A stretch of 64,000 nt of DNA from Azolla caroliniana (taxonomy: Eukaryota > Plantae > Polypodiophyta). The stretch lies in the NCBI GenBank assembly GCA_043228905.1, contig JBHGNT010000020.1, positions 558,001-622,000 of the forward strand, read 5' to 3'. A program made the translations under genes and the position numbers. Below are positions 37,382-50,815 of this stretch, in pieces. The number at the start of each line of letters is the position of its first letter. Within the stretch, counting starts at the first letter, position 1. Under the pieces are notes generated by a model that was not told the DNA's origin, ran no database searches, and saw only the letters and a program-made list of their open reading frames with translations.

Positions 37382-38075
37382 GGTGATGGTGATGGTGATG
37401 ATAATGGATATGGATTCCTATTAGGGAAATTCTTGAGTTTCTTGATTTGTAGATTCTACCACTCTATATGTAGTATAATGCATCATTGTCGATACCACTC
37501 CCTTCGCTAGATTTCCTTTTTGTTATTACCTAAGCTAAGCTACCCATGGACACAACATGGACACACACACACACATACACAACTTCAAGATACCATTATC
37601 GACGATGTCTCCACCCAAGATAGACTAGATTTCGAATGTGTTCTAAGAGAACACAAGAAGTGTGGGTGGGATTCGGGAATGACCATTGGTCCAGACATAG
37701 AGATCATTCAAAGTCATCATGCATCAATGTTGTGTTGAGGTCAAGGTCTAACATCAAGATTGATTGATTGATTGATTGTGTGTATGTGTGTGTGTGGAGA
37801 ATGTATGTGGAAGCCATTTATAGTTGCTTTTTCAAAATCTAGTTGATTGGCGGTTGGTGAATCACCAACTTCCCCACTTCAAATTGTAGCATTGGAAGAT
37901 ATTGAACATTAACATCCAAAATGTGTCGCACTTGAACACTCTTGAATTGAATGTTGCATCATCATCAATAAGTGGTTTTATGATATTTTGGTGCATCATT
38001 AGGCAATTTGGCAAGTACGAAGAATGGGGCATCATTCTTAATAACAACAAGAGTAAATTATGGTCCCGGAATCAA

Positions 38076-38835
38076 TGTTGAATGTGGGTCTCTAATGAAC
38101 GTATACACATTGTCTCCCTTTGTACACACTAGGTTTAGGCTATTTATGAAAATAGTGAGAAGGGCAGTTGCCCTAAGTTAGTCAATATATAAATTGACTT
38201 TCTAAGTTACCTTTCTAGTGGTTGCAAATATAGTTCATTTTGTGCCTAACGTCTCTCTCTCTCTCTTGCGTTCTTGTTGATCTTCCTTCTTGATTCTGTT
38301 TCTGTCACTGACAAGTATAATAGAGCAGAGCGAAGACAAGACTAAAAAACAAGAGAGAGGAAAAGAACAAGAACTCAACTTATAGAATCAGTAACTGGTG
38401 TTGTTCACCTTCATTAGAATCAAGGTGCATCCGAGTATTTATACAAGAAGGTAGGGCTATGTAAGCCACCTAGAAATAGAGAATGCATGCAATAGGGAAT
38501 GCATGAGAATGTGTGCAAGCTAGAAATGAGGATGAATGCAAGCTAGGAACTTCCAATGTTCAATCTACACTACATGAAGTTGGATTATCCTTGGTACAAG
38601 GATGCATATGTAGCTCAATTGGTAGGGTTGCCTAATAGAGACCATGAGGTCTTGGGTTCAATCCCTACCTTCCTCGGTGGCATATAAAAGTGACCCCCCG
38701 GTTTCCTAACTCAATCTATGTTAAGAAGTAGTCTTCACGTACCACGACCCTTGATACCGATAGCCTCAGGGTTCATCGAAGGTGTTTATTCCAAGGAAGA
38801 GATAACACTGCTTCCGCAAGTTCACATTCACAATA
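38076..38835 (+). mobile_element. Old copia B-related LTR interrupted by another LTR
   Basis: tgttgaatgtggg..gggcagttgccctaag..tatataaa resembles the B LTR (tgtcgaatatgag..gggcagttgccctaag). The right end is approximate. Confidence 0.55.
38303..38700 (-). mobile_element. Degenerate solo LTR (chromovirus type) carrying a tRNA-like module
   Basis: Begins TGTCACT and ends near AGTGAC(C). GTTTC at 38298-38302 and 38701-38705. A/B boxes at 38611-38665. Confidence 0.55.
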
Positions 38836-40948
38836 AGTTACCAAATATAATTGTCATTCCAGTTTAGTGATCATGGTGTTGGTGGACATTGCACATGGAG
38901 AACAACGTCAAGTACCCTACCGAGATTCCAAACCCACATTCTTACTTCAAGTAAGTTACTATCTAAGTGTACCTAGATTATCAAAACATGAAAATTTGTA
39001 GTTGATGATGATTCAAGGAGAGATGTTTAATACAGGATTCCTTGGGTGGTAACTCGAAAACAACAATGATTGCTACAGTGAACCCGTCTATCTCATAAGT
39101 CTAGCAAGAAATCCTGTTTAACAATTTTGTTCAACCTTACAAACTGACATGTACAGAAACCTGTTGATGGTTATTACCAACCTCAAACCTCAAACCTCAA
39201 ACATGTTGATTTGTTGTAAGTGGGCTAACATTGGTAACCTCTCTTTATTACAGGTGTGGAAATTAGACATGAGCACATTGAAATTTGCACAACGGGCTAA
39301 GTTCATCCAAAACAATGTATGGTTGTAATACTACTGATTTTATGGATACAAAACATATGCTAATTGGCAATGTTGGTGGTTGCTCAAAGCTATATAAAAG
39401 TATGGTTTGTTTCTTTTTCCCATTGCAGAGCTCAATGAATTCACAAAGCCAGAATGATTGATAGACAAACCAGAAAATGCCAAGAAACAATTGATAGGCC
39501 TTAAACAACCATTATTGGATAAACAAAAGCTTTTCAAACATTCTGATTTTCAGTATGGATAACAAAAGTACCAAATGCCATGATTTTTTTCTTGGATAGG
39601 AGAGGTTAATTTCCTAGAAATGTATCTGTACATTGTAAACATATGGATGAGATATGAATACTATTGAAGCTTGAAATATTTGTGTTGTCAATGACATCCA
39701 TATCGAGCCTCAAAATTAAGTCTTTGGCCATCATGGCGGTAAATGGTTCATTAAGAAAACATAACGTGATAAAAGCTTGTGACTTTGATTAAGATGTTTC
39801 ATTAGTTTGATATACTCGTATGTGGCAAAAAAAAATTGCTATGTGCCAAAAAAAATTAACATGTTCCGGTTGACATTATCACTTGTAGGAAAGTGGCCAG
39901 TTAAATTTTTTAATTTCCGCTTAGGATCATAAGCAACAGGGTCGAAGCATGCTACGGTGTACCAAAAAAGTATTGTTTTTGGCCAAGAAAAACACGAGCA
40001 CTTTTAGTACTGTTAATACTGAGTAATTATAAAAAAACTTTTAAAAAAATTGAAAATTTTTATAATCTTTTTAGGGAGTGGGGTGGGGGAAGTACACGTT
40101 GCATTTAATGGGGGAAGACTGTTGTTGCGTATTTAGGAGCCAGGACTGATTTGGGGGCTATTTCCCCCTCACTTTTAATTTAGCACGCCACATTTATTGA
40201 ATTTGGCACTTCTCACCATTTTGGCGCATCCCCTACCTCCTTCCAACAAAGCCCATCTCAGATTCTCTGTTTGTCATTCTCTACATCTCAAGCATGCACA
40301 ACATGCAAATGTCCCCAAGATTTGGGATCTTGCCATTCGTTATCTACGAATCAAACCTATGTGAAAATGATCAAGCGTTCTTTGTGTCACACATCTGACC
40401 CATCTTCGCCTTTTGTCGATATGTTTTCTCCTTCCCTCGATATGTCGTCTCCTTCCCTCGGTATATCTTCTCCTTCCCTCGGTATGTCTTCAGAACTATT
40501 TTTTAAGCGTTGGTTATTTCAGAACTGTTTTTTAAGCTTTAATATTTATTGTCTATCCTTTCAAATGGAAACTTTAAGATTTATTTATGCTGAAAAGATT
40601 ATGTCTTCATCATCATCATGATTATTATTGTCATTATTATCTCCATCTACTTGTTCATTATTAGCATATTACGTTGAGCATATTGTTATTTGTACTATTT
40701 CCCGATCTTAATAGAATGATAATCTTCTGCCAATAATGTTAGGCACATGTGGATAACACTTTAAACATGACTTTTATATTAGCCTATTGGTATGGTTGTC
40801 TTTCTTAGTACTGTATTGTTTTGTTAAAGGAATATGTGTGTGGTATTATCGTACATGTTTATTCGAAAACTGGTTGATATGGTTTGCATTGACGTATTAA
40901 GTACGTTTATTCTACAATGTATTAAGCATTTATTTTGATTAATTAGGT

Positions 40949-43900
40949 ATTGAAATAACAAGAAATTAGGTGCTGGAATACATGAGAGTGGCAATGGTAG
41001 ATGTCAAGGAGAGTGAGTTGTCATGTAGCAATTCTATGTTTGAGAGGAGCAAGAGACGGGTTGTTCTTCACATAGTTCGTTATTTACTAGAAGTAATTGA
41101 GAGATTTACCAAGGTAGATCGTAGGGATATTATCTCTAGAGTATTACACCATCAACTTTTGAATGAGTGCATGGAGAATATTAAGTTTAGGGACCAATGT
41201 GTTTCAAAGGAGATTGTAGAGTATATGAAGTCATCGCTACACTTAGTGAAAGGGGTAGAGCGCATAGATAAGCTTGGCACAAAGAGAGCAGCCCTTCACA
41301 TGGTTGTAAATGGTACAAGAAAAAAAAAATAGTGATATTAAAGTTGCCTTAGCCCTTGGTATTCAAAGAAGAAACTTGAGGAAGCATCAGACAAATATAC
41401 AATCAAATCAATTTAAGTGGTTGGGGTTAGGCCGTAGACGACGATGTGATGCCTTGTCTCATGAAATTATTGAGAAAGTGGATTCCTTTTGGACAAAAAA
41501 CACTCATGTCTCACCGAATAAAAAAGATGTATGTAGACAACGTATAAGTCGGGGTAGGTACCAGATTCACCCAAGACACTTCTTGGAGATGACTGAGGTA
41601 ATTCTTTTGTTTTTATCTATTTGTTTCTAAATATTTTATCTATTTGTTAGAAAGTTAAAAGAGAGGAACACATGTTGTTGTGTGTACCACATTAAAATGG
41701 ACATGTTAAGGCTTGGCTTGAACACTATGTGTACTCATTCTAAGGGTATACACAGGGATCGATGTGTTTGCACTTGTGAGGTATGTAGACCAAATGGGAG
41801 TGATAATAGATGTAATGCGTGAAACATGACTTATGCATCGGTTTCTGAGTTATGGAGGTCTTTTGTTTGTGAAAAACAACTATCATCTGAGTGGCATAAT
41901 TGTACATGTCTTCTAAGAACAGGTAAAGTTTGCCCACAACCACCATTTTGTAGATAGGAGCTTGATGTAGATAACTATCATATTGTGAAATGGAAATATT
42001 TAGAGTATGTGATAGAAAATATAGGTAAGGGTCTTGTTAGTAAGCGTATCAAGGAGGTATATAAGGAGACATGTGCTGCTACCCTTGTCTCCGAGTTTAA
42101 GAACCAACTTGAGGAGTTCATTCCACATAACTTTAGGAGTTATTGGCAAAATTCACAGTTCGAGGAATGTATAAATAACTTACCACTAGATGTTATAGTA
42201 TCTGTTATTGACTTTGCAAAGAACTATATGTTTAAAGTTCAAAATGAGGTTCAATCAATGAATTGGTACAATGACCAATGTACAATACTTGTACATATTT
42301 GCTATTGGAGAAAAGACAGTGAGCTACATAAGAAATAAATATTCTACATTTCAGATCATAAAAAGCATGATACGTTATTTGTTCAACATTGTTTTAAGCT
42401 TCACCATGCATATTTATTGTCCTTGGGTGTTAACTTTAATCGGCATTGGGTTTGGATTGATGGTGCTGCCTCGCAATTCAAGGCAGCCCGGTCCTTCTAC
42501 TTCATTGCAAGGTGAGGAAATAATCCATATGTTTGGTACTTATAAATGGAAGTCTATTTTGGTAATACTCCATAGTACTTATAAATGTTTGTATAAAATA
42601 TTGAATTAGTAATTCTCCAACTACATGCACCAGTACTGTCTTGGAATGTGAATCTGAACTGATTGGCCATTTAGTTCTCTCCTCCTAGATTCACTAGTAC
42701 TGATTATGGTAATAACCATGTTAAGTAAACTTAACTTACAGGTTAGTATTGTCGTTCTACGTGTACAAGTACTATTAAGGTTGAGGCCTTGTAATGTATC
42801 CGTAATTTACAACATAGTATTGTCCCCAAAGGTGCACATGCACAAGTACTGACAATGGTTTACAACTAAGTACTCAGATCCCACATGCACAAGTACTAAT
42901 TTATAACTTAGGATTGTATTCCTTCATTGGCACGAGTACTAATTTATATCTCAGCACTGCCCTATCTTGTGCATTAGAACTAATGAATAACTTAGTACTA
43001 TCCTCTTTTGTTCATTAGTACTAATTTATAACTTTGGACTGCCATCCGGCAAGCACGAGCACTAATTAATACTTACATTGCCCCCTCTCAGTAATGTTTG
43101 TACTAATTCATAACTTAGCTGTATTCAACTTTGTTCGTTAGTACTCATTTATAACTTAGGATTGTTCTCTCTCATTAGTACTAATTATTAACTTAGTACT
43201 CTCCAACTTTGTTCATTACGGCTAACTTATAACTTATGGTTGTTCCCTCTCATGCATTAGTACTGATTAGTAACTTACCACTCCCCTCTCTCGTCTGTTA
43301 GTACTAATTTCCAACTTAGTACTATCCTTTCTCGTGCGGTAGTACTAATTAATAACTTACCACTTCCCTGTCTCGTTTATTAGTACTAATCTCCAACTTA
43401 GTACTATCCTCTCTCGTGCATTAGTACTAATCAATAACTTAGTACTATCCTCTCTTGTTCATTTGTATTGATTCAAATATTAGTATTGTTCACTCATGCA
43501 TAAGTAATAATTATGGTTTAAGTCATGCAATTAATTATGTTTGTTGGCTAACTGTCATGCAAAACACCCAGATACTTGTCATTGACAAACATTAGGATGC
43601 AATGGAACTACTTCGGATCTGGACATGGAAAGGGGGAGCACGATGGCGCGGGGGCTGTGATCAAGCGTGCTCTTACATCAGAGCAGTTGGATAATAAAGG
43701 TGCTAAGCTACAAAATGCACATGATGTTGTGGAATGGCTCACATGGAAGATGTCAAATGATGGTAAGAATAGATTGTTTATTGAGGTTTGTGCTAATGAG
43801 GTGGATAGGAGTAAATCATACAGTTGTAAAACCGTGAAAGGGACGCACAAGACCCATTGTGTTTTAGGGTTTAGCCGCAAGGACACAACACAATTGTTAT

Positions 43901-44457
43901 TCCGCAATTTATCGTGCTTTTGTTCCATGTGTTTAGATGAAGCTTGGGATGAATGCACCAATCTATCCATTGTGGAGCCATGGAAGCTACAGAAGCTAGA
44001 GATAGAACACAGTGTGAATATCCAAGAAAACGAACATTCAGACAATATTGTATACTACAACCAGTGTGAGGACTTGGCAATATTATTGGAAGTTGGAGAT
44101 CATTTTACAGTGCTCAAATCTCCTCAGAATGAAGATTTTGAAGACTACTACATTGTGGTGTGCAAGCAAGGAAATACAATATTAGAAGAAGTCGCTCGGG
44201 ATGGCTGGGGCAACATGTTCAATGTTGGTGAGTCTGTCGTGTATGGCAACTACTATGCAAAGTTGCCACAATGCAAGAACACATATGCATTGTTAAAAGA
44301 TGCACCCATTGCAATTATCTATGTTGATGCCATTATCGCAATCAAGTTCAAAATGACTCAAGAAAAGCACAAGGTTAAGGGATACAACACAGTCTACAAA
44401 GTCCCCAAAGGGGTACACGAACACATATTGGGGGAGGTCTCCCTCATTAATGCTTAG
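40949..44457 (+). pseudogene. Sola2-like DDD transposase, intron-containing, with a few stops and frameshifts
   Basis: RNTCCCVYH, IDFAKNY..VQNEVQSMNW, WIDGAASQFK, WNYFGSGHGKGEHDGAGAVIKR and SCFCSMC. A GT-AG intron at 42512-43571 joins FIAR/YLSL in frame, and there is a further probable donor at 41598. Confidence 0.85.
42850..43500. repeat. ~40-bp minisatellite (TTAGTACTAA-rich) filling the transposase intron
   Basis: Units such as tagtactaatctccaacttagtactatcctctctcgtgca (43381-43420), roughly 15 degenerate copies. Confidence 0.85.
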
Positions 44458-44702
44458 AATTGCAAGTGTTGCGTCTAATGTAACTTTTGCATGTATTCAA
44501 ACTCTGACTTACAAGTGAAAGGAAATATATCATCTTGGGTTTTCATATTTATCTTGGGTTTTCTAACAATATCCCTCTTTGGTTTAGATATGTATGTTTC
44601 TTTTACATGAAGTGTCTAGTGCTTGGTAAAAAATCTCATTGGCTAGTATCTGAGCCTACGTTAGTAGCAAAGTTAGGAGTTCATATGTATCAAAGTTAGT
44701 AG

Positions 44703-45160
44703 AATGCATATCAAGTTAGTACTAAATCTGTGTAAGAGTTTGCTAACATAGACATATGTAAGATAAGAGTGTTCATTCCACTCATCACTCATCTTCTCAC
44801 TGTCACGTGTGAATAACAAGTAAACCAGAACAATGTCATGATGAGGGTAATCAATAACTTAACATTCCTATCAATTACAGACAACCACCCAAATATAATA
44901 AACTTATCTAGGTACTGAGTGGCACTTTATCATCGGAGGTAGTAGACTACTGAGTGGCACGAGGAAGTAGTAAATTAGCTACAATGCAAATTATCAAGTT
45001 AGTACTTAAAGTATGTTAAGTGTTTACTAACCTAGACATATCTAAGATAGGAGTGTTCATTCCACTCATGACTTTACATTCTCACCATCTCATGTGTGCA
45101 TAACAAGTAAATTAAAACTGTGTCAAGATGAGGGTATCAATGACTTAACATTCCTATCAA
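44703..45160. repeat. Direct repeat (2 x ~170 bp) between the two convergent Sola2 genes
   Basis: tatcaagttagtact..gtgttcattccactcat..cttaacattcctatcaa at ~44705 and ~44990. Confidence 0.8.
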
Positions 45161-45352
45161 TAACTTTGCATCCAATTCACATCTTGGATATGTAAACCCC
45201 ATTAGTGTCAAGAAGTAGGTAATCAATAACTTTACATTTGGTAATCGATTAGATACAACAATCAAAATACAATAAACTTTGGTTTTAGTTTTTTCTGGAT
45301 CTTGTAATGCGCCTATTTTTGGTTTCATTCTTCTCAGATTTCACACCCTTCT

Positions 45353-48300
45353 TCATCTTAAAACCATGAGGTAGTAAACTACATAGTGGTCATCGAAGGG
45401 TGAAGCCAAGCTTGAGGGAACAGTGTGCTCTGTTGCAATTGCCTGAGATGCACACACTTCCAAGAAGATGTAGTCAATAGTCTTACCAGAAATCTCCTGG
45501 AGGTCATTGGACGTGTCATTCTTCAATTTTCCCAGCTCCACTACCACATTATTAGGAGTACAAACATGTTCCTCATCTTGGATGCTTGTCTTAATTGCAA
45601 ACTCCTCATTGATCAAGTTAGACACTTGCTCCAAGTGCAAGCTACTTGCAGTATTTTGGACAATCACCTCATTCGTAGTACCACACTCTCCTTCTTCTTG
45701 GGTAGTTGCGGGGGTCTCCTTAATGATACAACCTTGCCCTAGGTTAAGGCTGCTTGTGGTGTTTTGGACACACACCTCATTCTTTGTACAACCATGATCC
45801 TCTCCTTGGGTCAATTTCACATTCTTTGCAAACTCCATTGCAAAGTTTCTTGTCACCTCATGCTTTGTCCACTCCAGCTCCTCTTTTTGGGTGATTCACA
45901 ATCCTCATGTCTGGTAGCATCTGAGCCTAAATAATCAAGATTGCTCCATAAACTGCTTGAATAATCTGATGGTATTTGTGAATCTACATGCTCTTCTACT
46001 CCTAAATAACAATAAAGTGATGCAAGAACAATATCAATTCCCATTCTGAAAAAGTGAAGGCACCTAGCCAAATGTTTAAGGTTAAGGGACAAATGTTTAC
46101 CTACTGTTACATCGTCATTGTTGCTTGGGATGGTGCCAGTTTCAAGTTGGGGCTCTTCATCATGCCAATATTTCACAACACTCTCTATGTATTAATACAC
46201 TTGTACATTATTGTCACGTGAAGTAATATGGTCAAAATAACAATTATATGAGAGGGCTCCCAACATGTACCTAGAAGTGAGATAAATTCTTCTTCGTATT
46301 GTGGCTCTGAATCTGTATCTCCATTTTCATTACTCTTTTCTTCCTTGTCTAAAAACAAAAGTATGTAGTATTAGTCTAACTCATCAAGATGACAACAGCC
46401 ACACGTTTGTGAGAATTTGTATTACCCACCACAACAATCAACTTTGCATTTCTTCCCCTTTCTGTACAATTTCCTTGCAGCATTATGCTTCTTGGTAGAC
46501 TCTTTGATAGAAACATAATAAATTAGTAGTATACCAATATTTCAGAAATTAGAAAGGCAAACACAATTAGCATTAACATTCACACAGTCAGGGCATGCCG
46601 AGCTAGGAGATTTTGTTTCATTAACCTCCCTTGGTCCGGCTCAAAGCCGGAGTTGTATCTTGCTCTTGTACATATATAGTGAAGTTTTGTGCATCTATGT
46701 CTGTGTCCGCGTCCTCAGAGTTTCTTCTTTCCTTTTCTATACATAAGTAGCGTGTGTTGAGTTAGTGTTGCATGTATTCTCTCTCTCTCCCGCATTCGAT
46801 AGCTTCCGGTACGCGTCCGGAATCGCTCCGGTTTGCGCCACAGCCTGTGCAGCTGGGGCCGGAGAGAGTCGGTCTCCCGACATCCATCTCTTCCTCGTCT
46901 AAGAGCCCCATGGTCCCGCTCCTTTCGACACATACTCACGGATTACTGCGACAACGTAGTATCGCGAGGACTGGTTTGTCAATTACCTTCCCTAGTGTGG
47001 TGTTGCTAGAAACTACAACATTCATATTATAAGCATACATATTATAAGAGTACATATTATAACATGAGTCCAAAATTACAAATATAGTACTGATCCACCT
47101 GGACATGCATATTTCATCTAGTAATGAACAATATTAGTACTAAAAAGCCAACACATTCATGTCTATTTGTTCGGTCATGCAAAGGCTAATTCAAGTGGAC
47201 ACAAAAAGTACAATGCAATAAGCAATGCTAGTACTAATACAAGTTATACAACTAAACATTTAGGACTCTCTGTACCAAATAATCAATACTGAATCAATTG
47301 ATCATGAAGGAATACAATGTATTAAGTAATGTTAGTACTTAATCAACATCTTAGGAACTTAAAGGATTAGTACTAAGCCACCTAGACATGCATATTTCAT
47401 CTGGTAATGAACAATGTTAGTACTAAAAAGCCAAGACCTTCATGCCTATTTGTTCAATTATGCAAAGCCTAAGTCAACTGGACTCAAAAAGTACAATGCA
47501 ATTAACCAATGTTAGTACTAATACGAGTTATACAACTAAACATTTAAGACCCTCCGTACTAAATAATCAATTGATCACGAAGGAATACAATGGAATAAGT
47601 ACTATTAGTACTTAATCAACATCTTAGGATCTTAAAGGAATAGTATTGAACCACCTGGACATGCATATTTCTGATGGTAATGAACAATGTTAGTACTAAA
47701 CAGCCAAGACCGACATGCCTATTTGTTCAATCATGCAAAGCCTAAGTCAAGTGGACAAAAAAAGTACAATGTGATAAACAATGTTAGTACTAATACAAGT
47801 TATACAACTAAACATTTAAGACCTTTAGTACTAAATAATTTGCACTAAATCGACTGATCATCTTGGATCCAACTGTAAGAACAGAACCAAAAGTAAAATT
47901 ATAAAATCATAGTATAAAAATTGCATAATGTTTAATCACATACAATAGGAGTGTACTTTCAAACCCCAAGCTAGGTACCATTCGGCTCCAACTGTACTTT
48001 TATAATCCAAACTTATATTTTCTTTCTCGAAATGGTACTTAGCACATAACAAATGATATGTGTGCAAGCATGGTGTAATGATAGCATCCATAGACTCAAG
48101 CTTGAACCCAAGGCCACAGAATAAACACCTTCAGTAACGAGACACAACATACACTATATTAGCACCAATGATATTTTATACCATAGAAGGTAAAAAAGGA
48201 GAAATATAAACCATTGCCGTGATATAGTAATGTTTCTAATTGTGCTTTCCATGCAAGTGGGGTGCTCAACTACGTCTGGACATAGAGTATCTAAACCTTT

Positions 48301-49250
48301 TTCTTTTAGACCCTTCATCAAACATGTTAGATTCTCTGAATGCAGCTTTAAGGCTGATAATTGCTCATCAATTTGATTACAAGAAGACTGCCATGTCTCT
48401 AAATCTTTCTTCTGTGCTTCCAAATGAGTACCCATAGTTGTGAGCTCCGTCTTCAACTCCTCTTTTAACACATCACTTTCTAAATTTTGGATTGTTGATG
48501 CAATCCATTCGTATGTATTCGACATAGATGTGAATTGTTTCTCTGCTGCCATCTCACCAGATGAAACTTCTTCCAAATCGGCCAGCTGTGCTTGCATTTT
48601 TGTTTGCTATACAGCGCAACAATCGCTCTTCATGTTTTTCTGTTAGTGTTGCTTTTTGTTTTGCAATTTGTTGAGTCAACACAGATGTCCGAGTTGGGAT
48701 TTCAATATGAGAGGTACCCTCAAACTTCATGGTAGTGTTGGTACTTGAGGACCCTCTATAATGTGATGATCGATGATGAGCAAAATCTTCTCAATCAACT
48801 TCAATGCGACCATGGAGTTCACATGCAAATGCACATGCAAAGACAGATCCTACCTCATTGTTTAGGATATGTTTCATATCATAAACTTGTTCATATCGTG
48901 ACTTTAGTTCAGTGATATAAGCCTTCTTCAATTGAGTGAGGTGGAAACCTCTCCGTGTCTGAGGTTGTGATGAGCCCCAAGTTTTCATCATGCATATGTC
49001 TAGGTCTTCATAAGTGTCAGGTCGTGCACAAAGGAAATAACCCCATCTCAATTTTGTACCTCAAAGGATGTTTGTGTGAACCTTTTTGCCCTGAGTTGCT
49101 GAAAACTTCGACCTCCCTCTGGTGGGGGTCATCTTACTTTGTTTGATGAGGGTCCTTTTTCTTTCCTTGCATGGTGTGATGACATTTTTGGTGACCATTT
49201 TCTTCTTTGTGGGTGTCTTCCTTGTCATGTGAATCATGTCTCTCTTCTTC
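45353..49250 (-). pseudogene. Second, probably multi-exon gene inside the Sola2 element (basic N-terminus, coiled coil, low-complexity C-terminus), function unknown
   Basis: Minus-strand ORF pieces 48791-49051, 48154-48597 (heptad-like), 45853-46176 and 45353-45856. A CT-rich leader and telo-box-like AAACCCTAA lie near 49960. Confidence 0.45.
47085..47860. repeat. ~275-bp tandem repeat, about 2.7 copies
   Basis: ccacct(g/a)gacatgcatatttc at 47095, 47378 and 47651. Confidence 0.9.
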
Positions 49251-49445
49251 GCCTCACATGCACAACAATAGTAAATAACAATAAATCATGCACAACAATA
49301 GTAAACAATATTAAATAATGTACAATTCAAGGAGATGTCGGATATGAAACATAATGTTCACTCCCGATACTTAACATATACACATGTTGACCGACTCTCA
49401 AATTCAAGCATATGCATGTACAAAGTTCTCAAATGATCAAGGGAG

Positions 49446-49477
<32 letters not shown>

Positions 49478-50815
49478 AACCCTAAACGATAATAACAGAT
49501 AGAATCAAACATACAGATAAACATGTCCCAAACATCGTTATGGTTGCAAATGTAAAAAAACATATATAAGATGACAAAAACAGATAGAATCAAACATACA
49601 AACATATAGTAAAACGAGTACCAAATGTCATTGTTGAAGTCTTTGAAGAGGGGACGCGTTTGAAACACACCAGGTAGAGGGAACCAGGTAGAGGGAACAC
49701 TTGGAGATAGAGGGAACACGACCAGTAGAGCAGAGACTAATGCGAAGAGGACACGGTGTGCAGACCACACTTCAGAGAACGCTTGAGAGAGAGAACACGG
49801 CCAACAGAGGAAAGCTTGATGTAACGAGGACACAATACAACGGTTGAGAGAGAGAATACCTGAGAGAGAGGACACGACGAGGACACAGTTGAAGACCTGA
49901 TGTCGATGCAGCGGGGACACAGTTGTTGCAAAGAGGACACAACAAGCAGGGAATGGGTTTAGGGTTTGTAGGGTGAGCAGAGAACGTAGAGAAACCTGTG
50001 CAGAAGTTGGAAGAGAGAGAGGGGGGGGGGGGGGGGGGGGGCGTACGAACGTAGTGAATAAAAGAGTAGAAGGGGGAAGGAAAGAGTGTGAGAGAGAGGA
50101 GCTACAAACCTAGGGAATTACCAAGTGTAAAGAGAGAGAGAGAGAGTAACTAACTAACTGACTAACAGTTCGAGATAAACCTGTTATTTGCCAAGAGAGA
50201 TAAAGTGGAAGAGAGCCAGGCTAACTATCTTCATGATTGACTGACAACTCGAGATCTTATATAGTTAAGACCTCCTTACAACATTACCTAGGATTTTAAC
50301 ACAAGTGATATTTATTGTTAATCGGCTAATTACTAACTACTACCGATACAGAAGAGTGAACGTCGCTACTCAACGTTCTAACAAGGAATTGTGTTTTACG
50401 AACGGAAATATACTATATTAATCGGTAATTACCGTGATCGTTACTTAGTTATAAATTAGGAAGATTGCACTTAACAACATAGACAATAGAAAGAACACAG
50501 AATCCGTACATGATATTCCTAACTTAAACTTATATTACTAAATAAACGACCTTTCTTACAATGCCTTCGGTTCCCTTTTATAGGTATACCGAATGTCTTT
50601 TCTCATCAAGAACTATTCCTACTTACTATCAAGAATTACAAAATTATCTAACTAACTTAGTTCTCTTCGTTCACTGCTGAGTCATTGATCCGAACAGTCG
50701 ATCTGAACCGACTCCGTTTTCGACGCTTTCCCACTTGTTCGGTAAAACTGACTGTCCGGGTCCGGGTAACACTTGGCACGTCTGTGGGCCAGGACCTTGT
50801 CCAGCGAACCCACGC

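Noticed and set aside
38604-38680. Functional tRNA genes at the tRNA-like modules
   Set aside because: The A/B boxes are present but the acceptor and anticodon stems do not pair, and all copies lie inside LTRs.
42850-43500. CRISPR-like array in the transposase intron
   Set aside because: It is a head-to-tail minisatellite without unique spacers.
50020-50041. Poly-G run as a G-quadruplex element or PPT
   Set aside because: It is not adjacent to an LTR boundary, and homopolymer length is unreliable.
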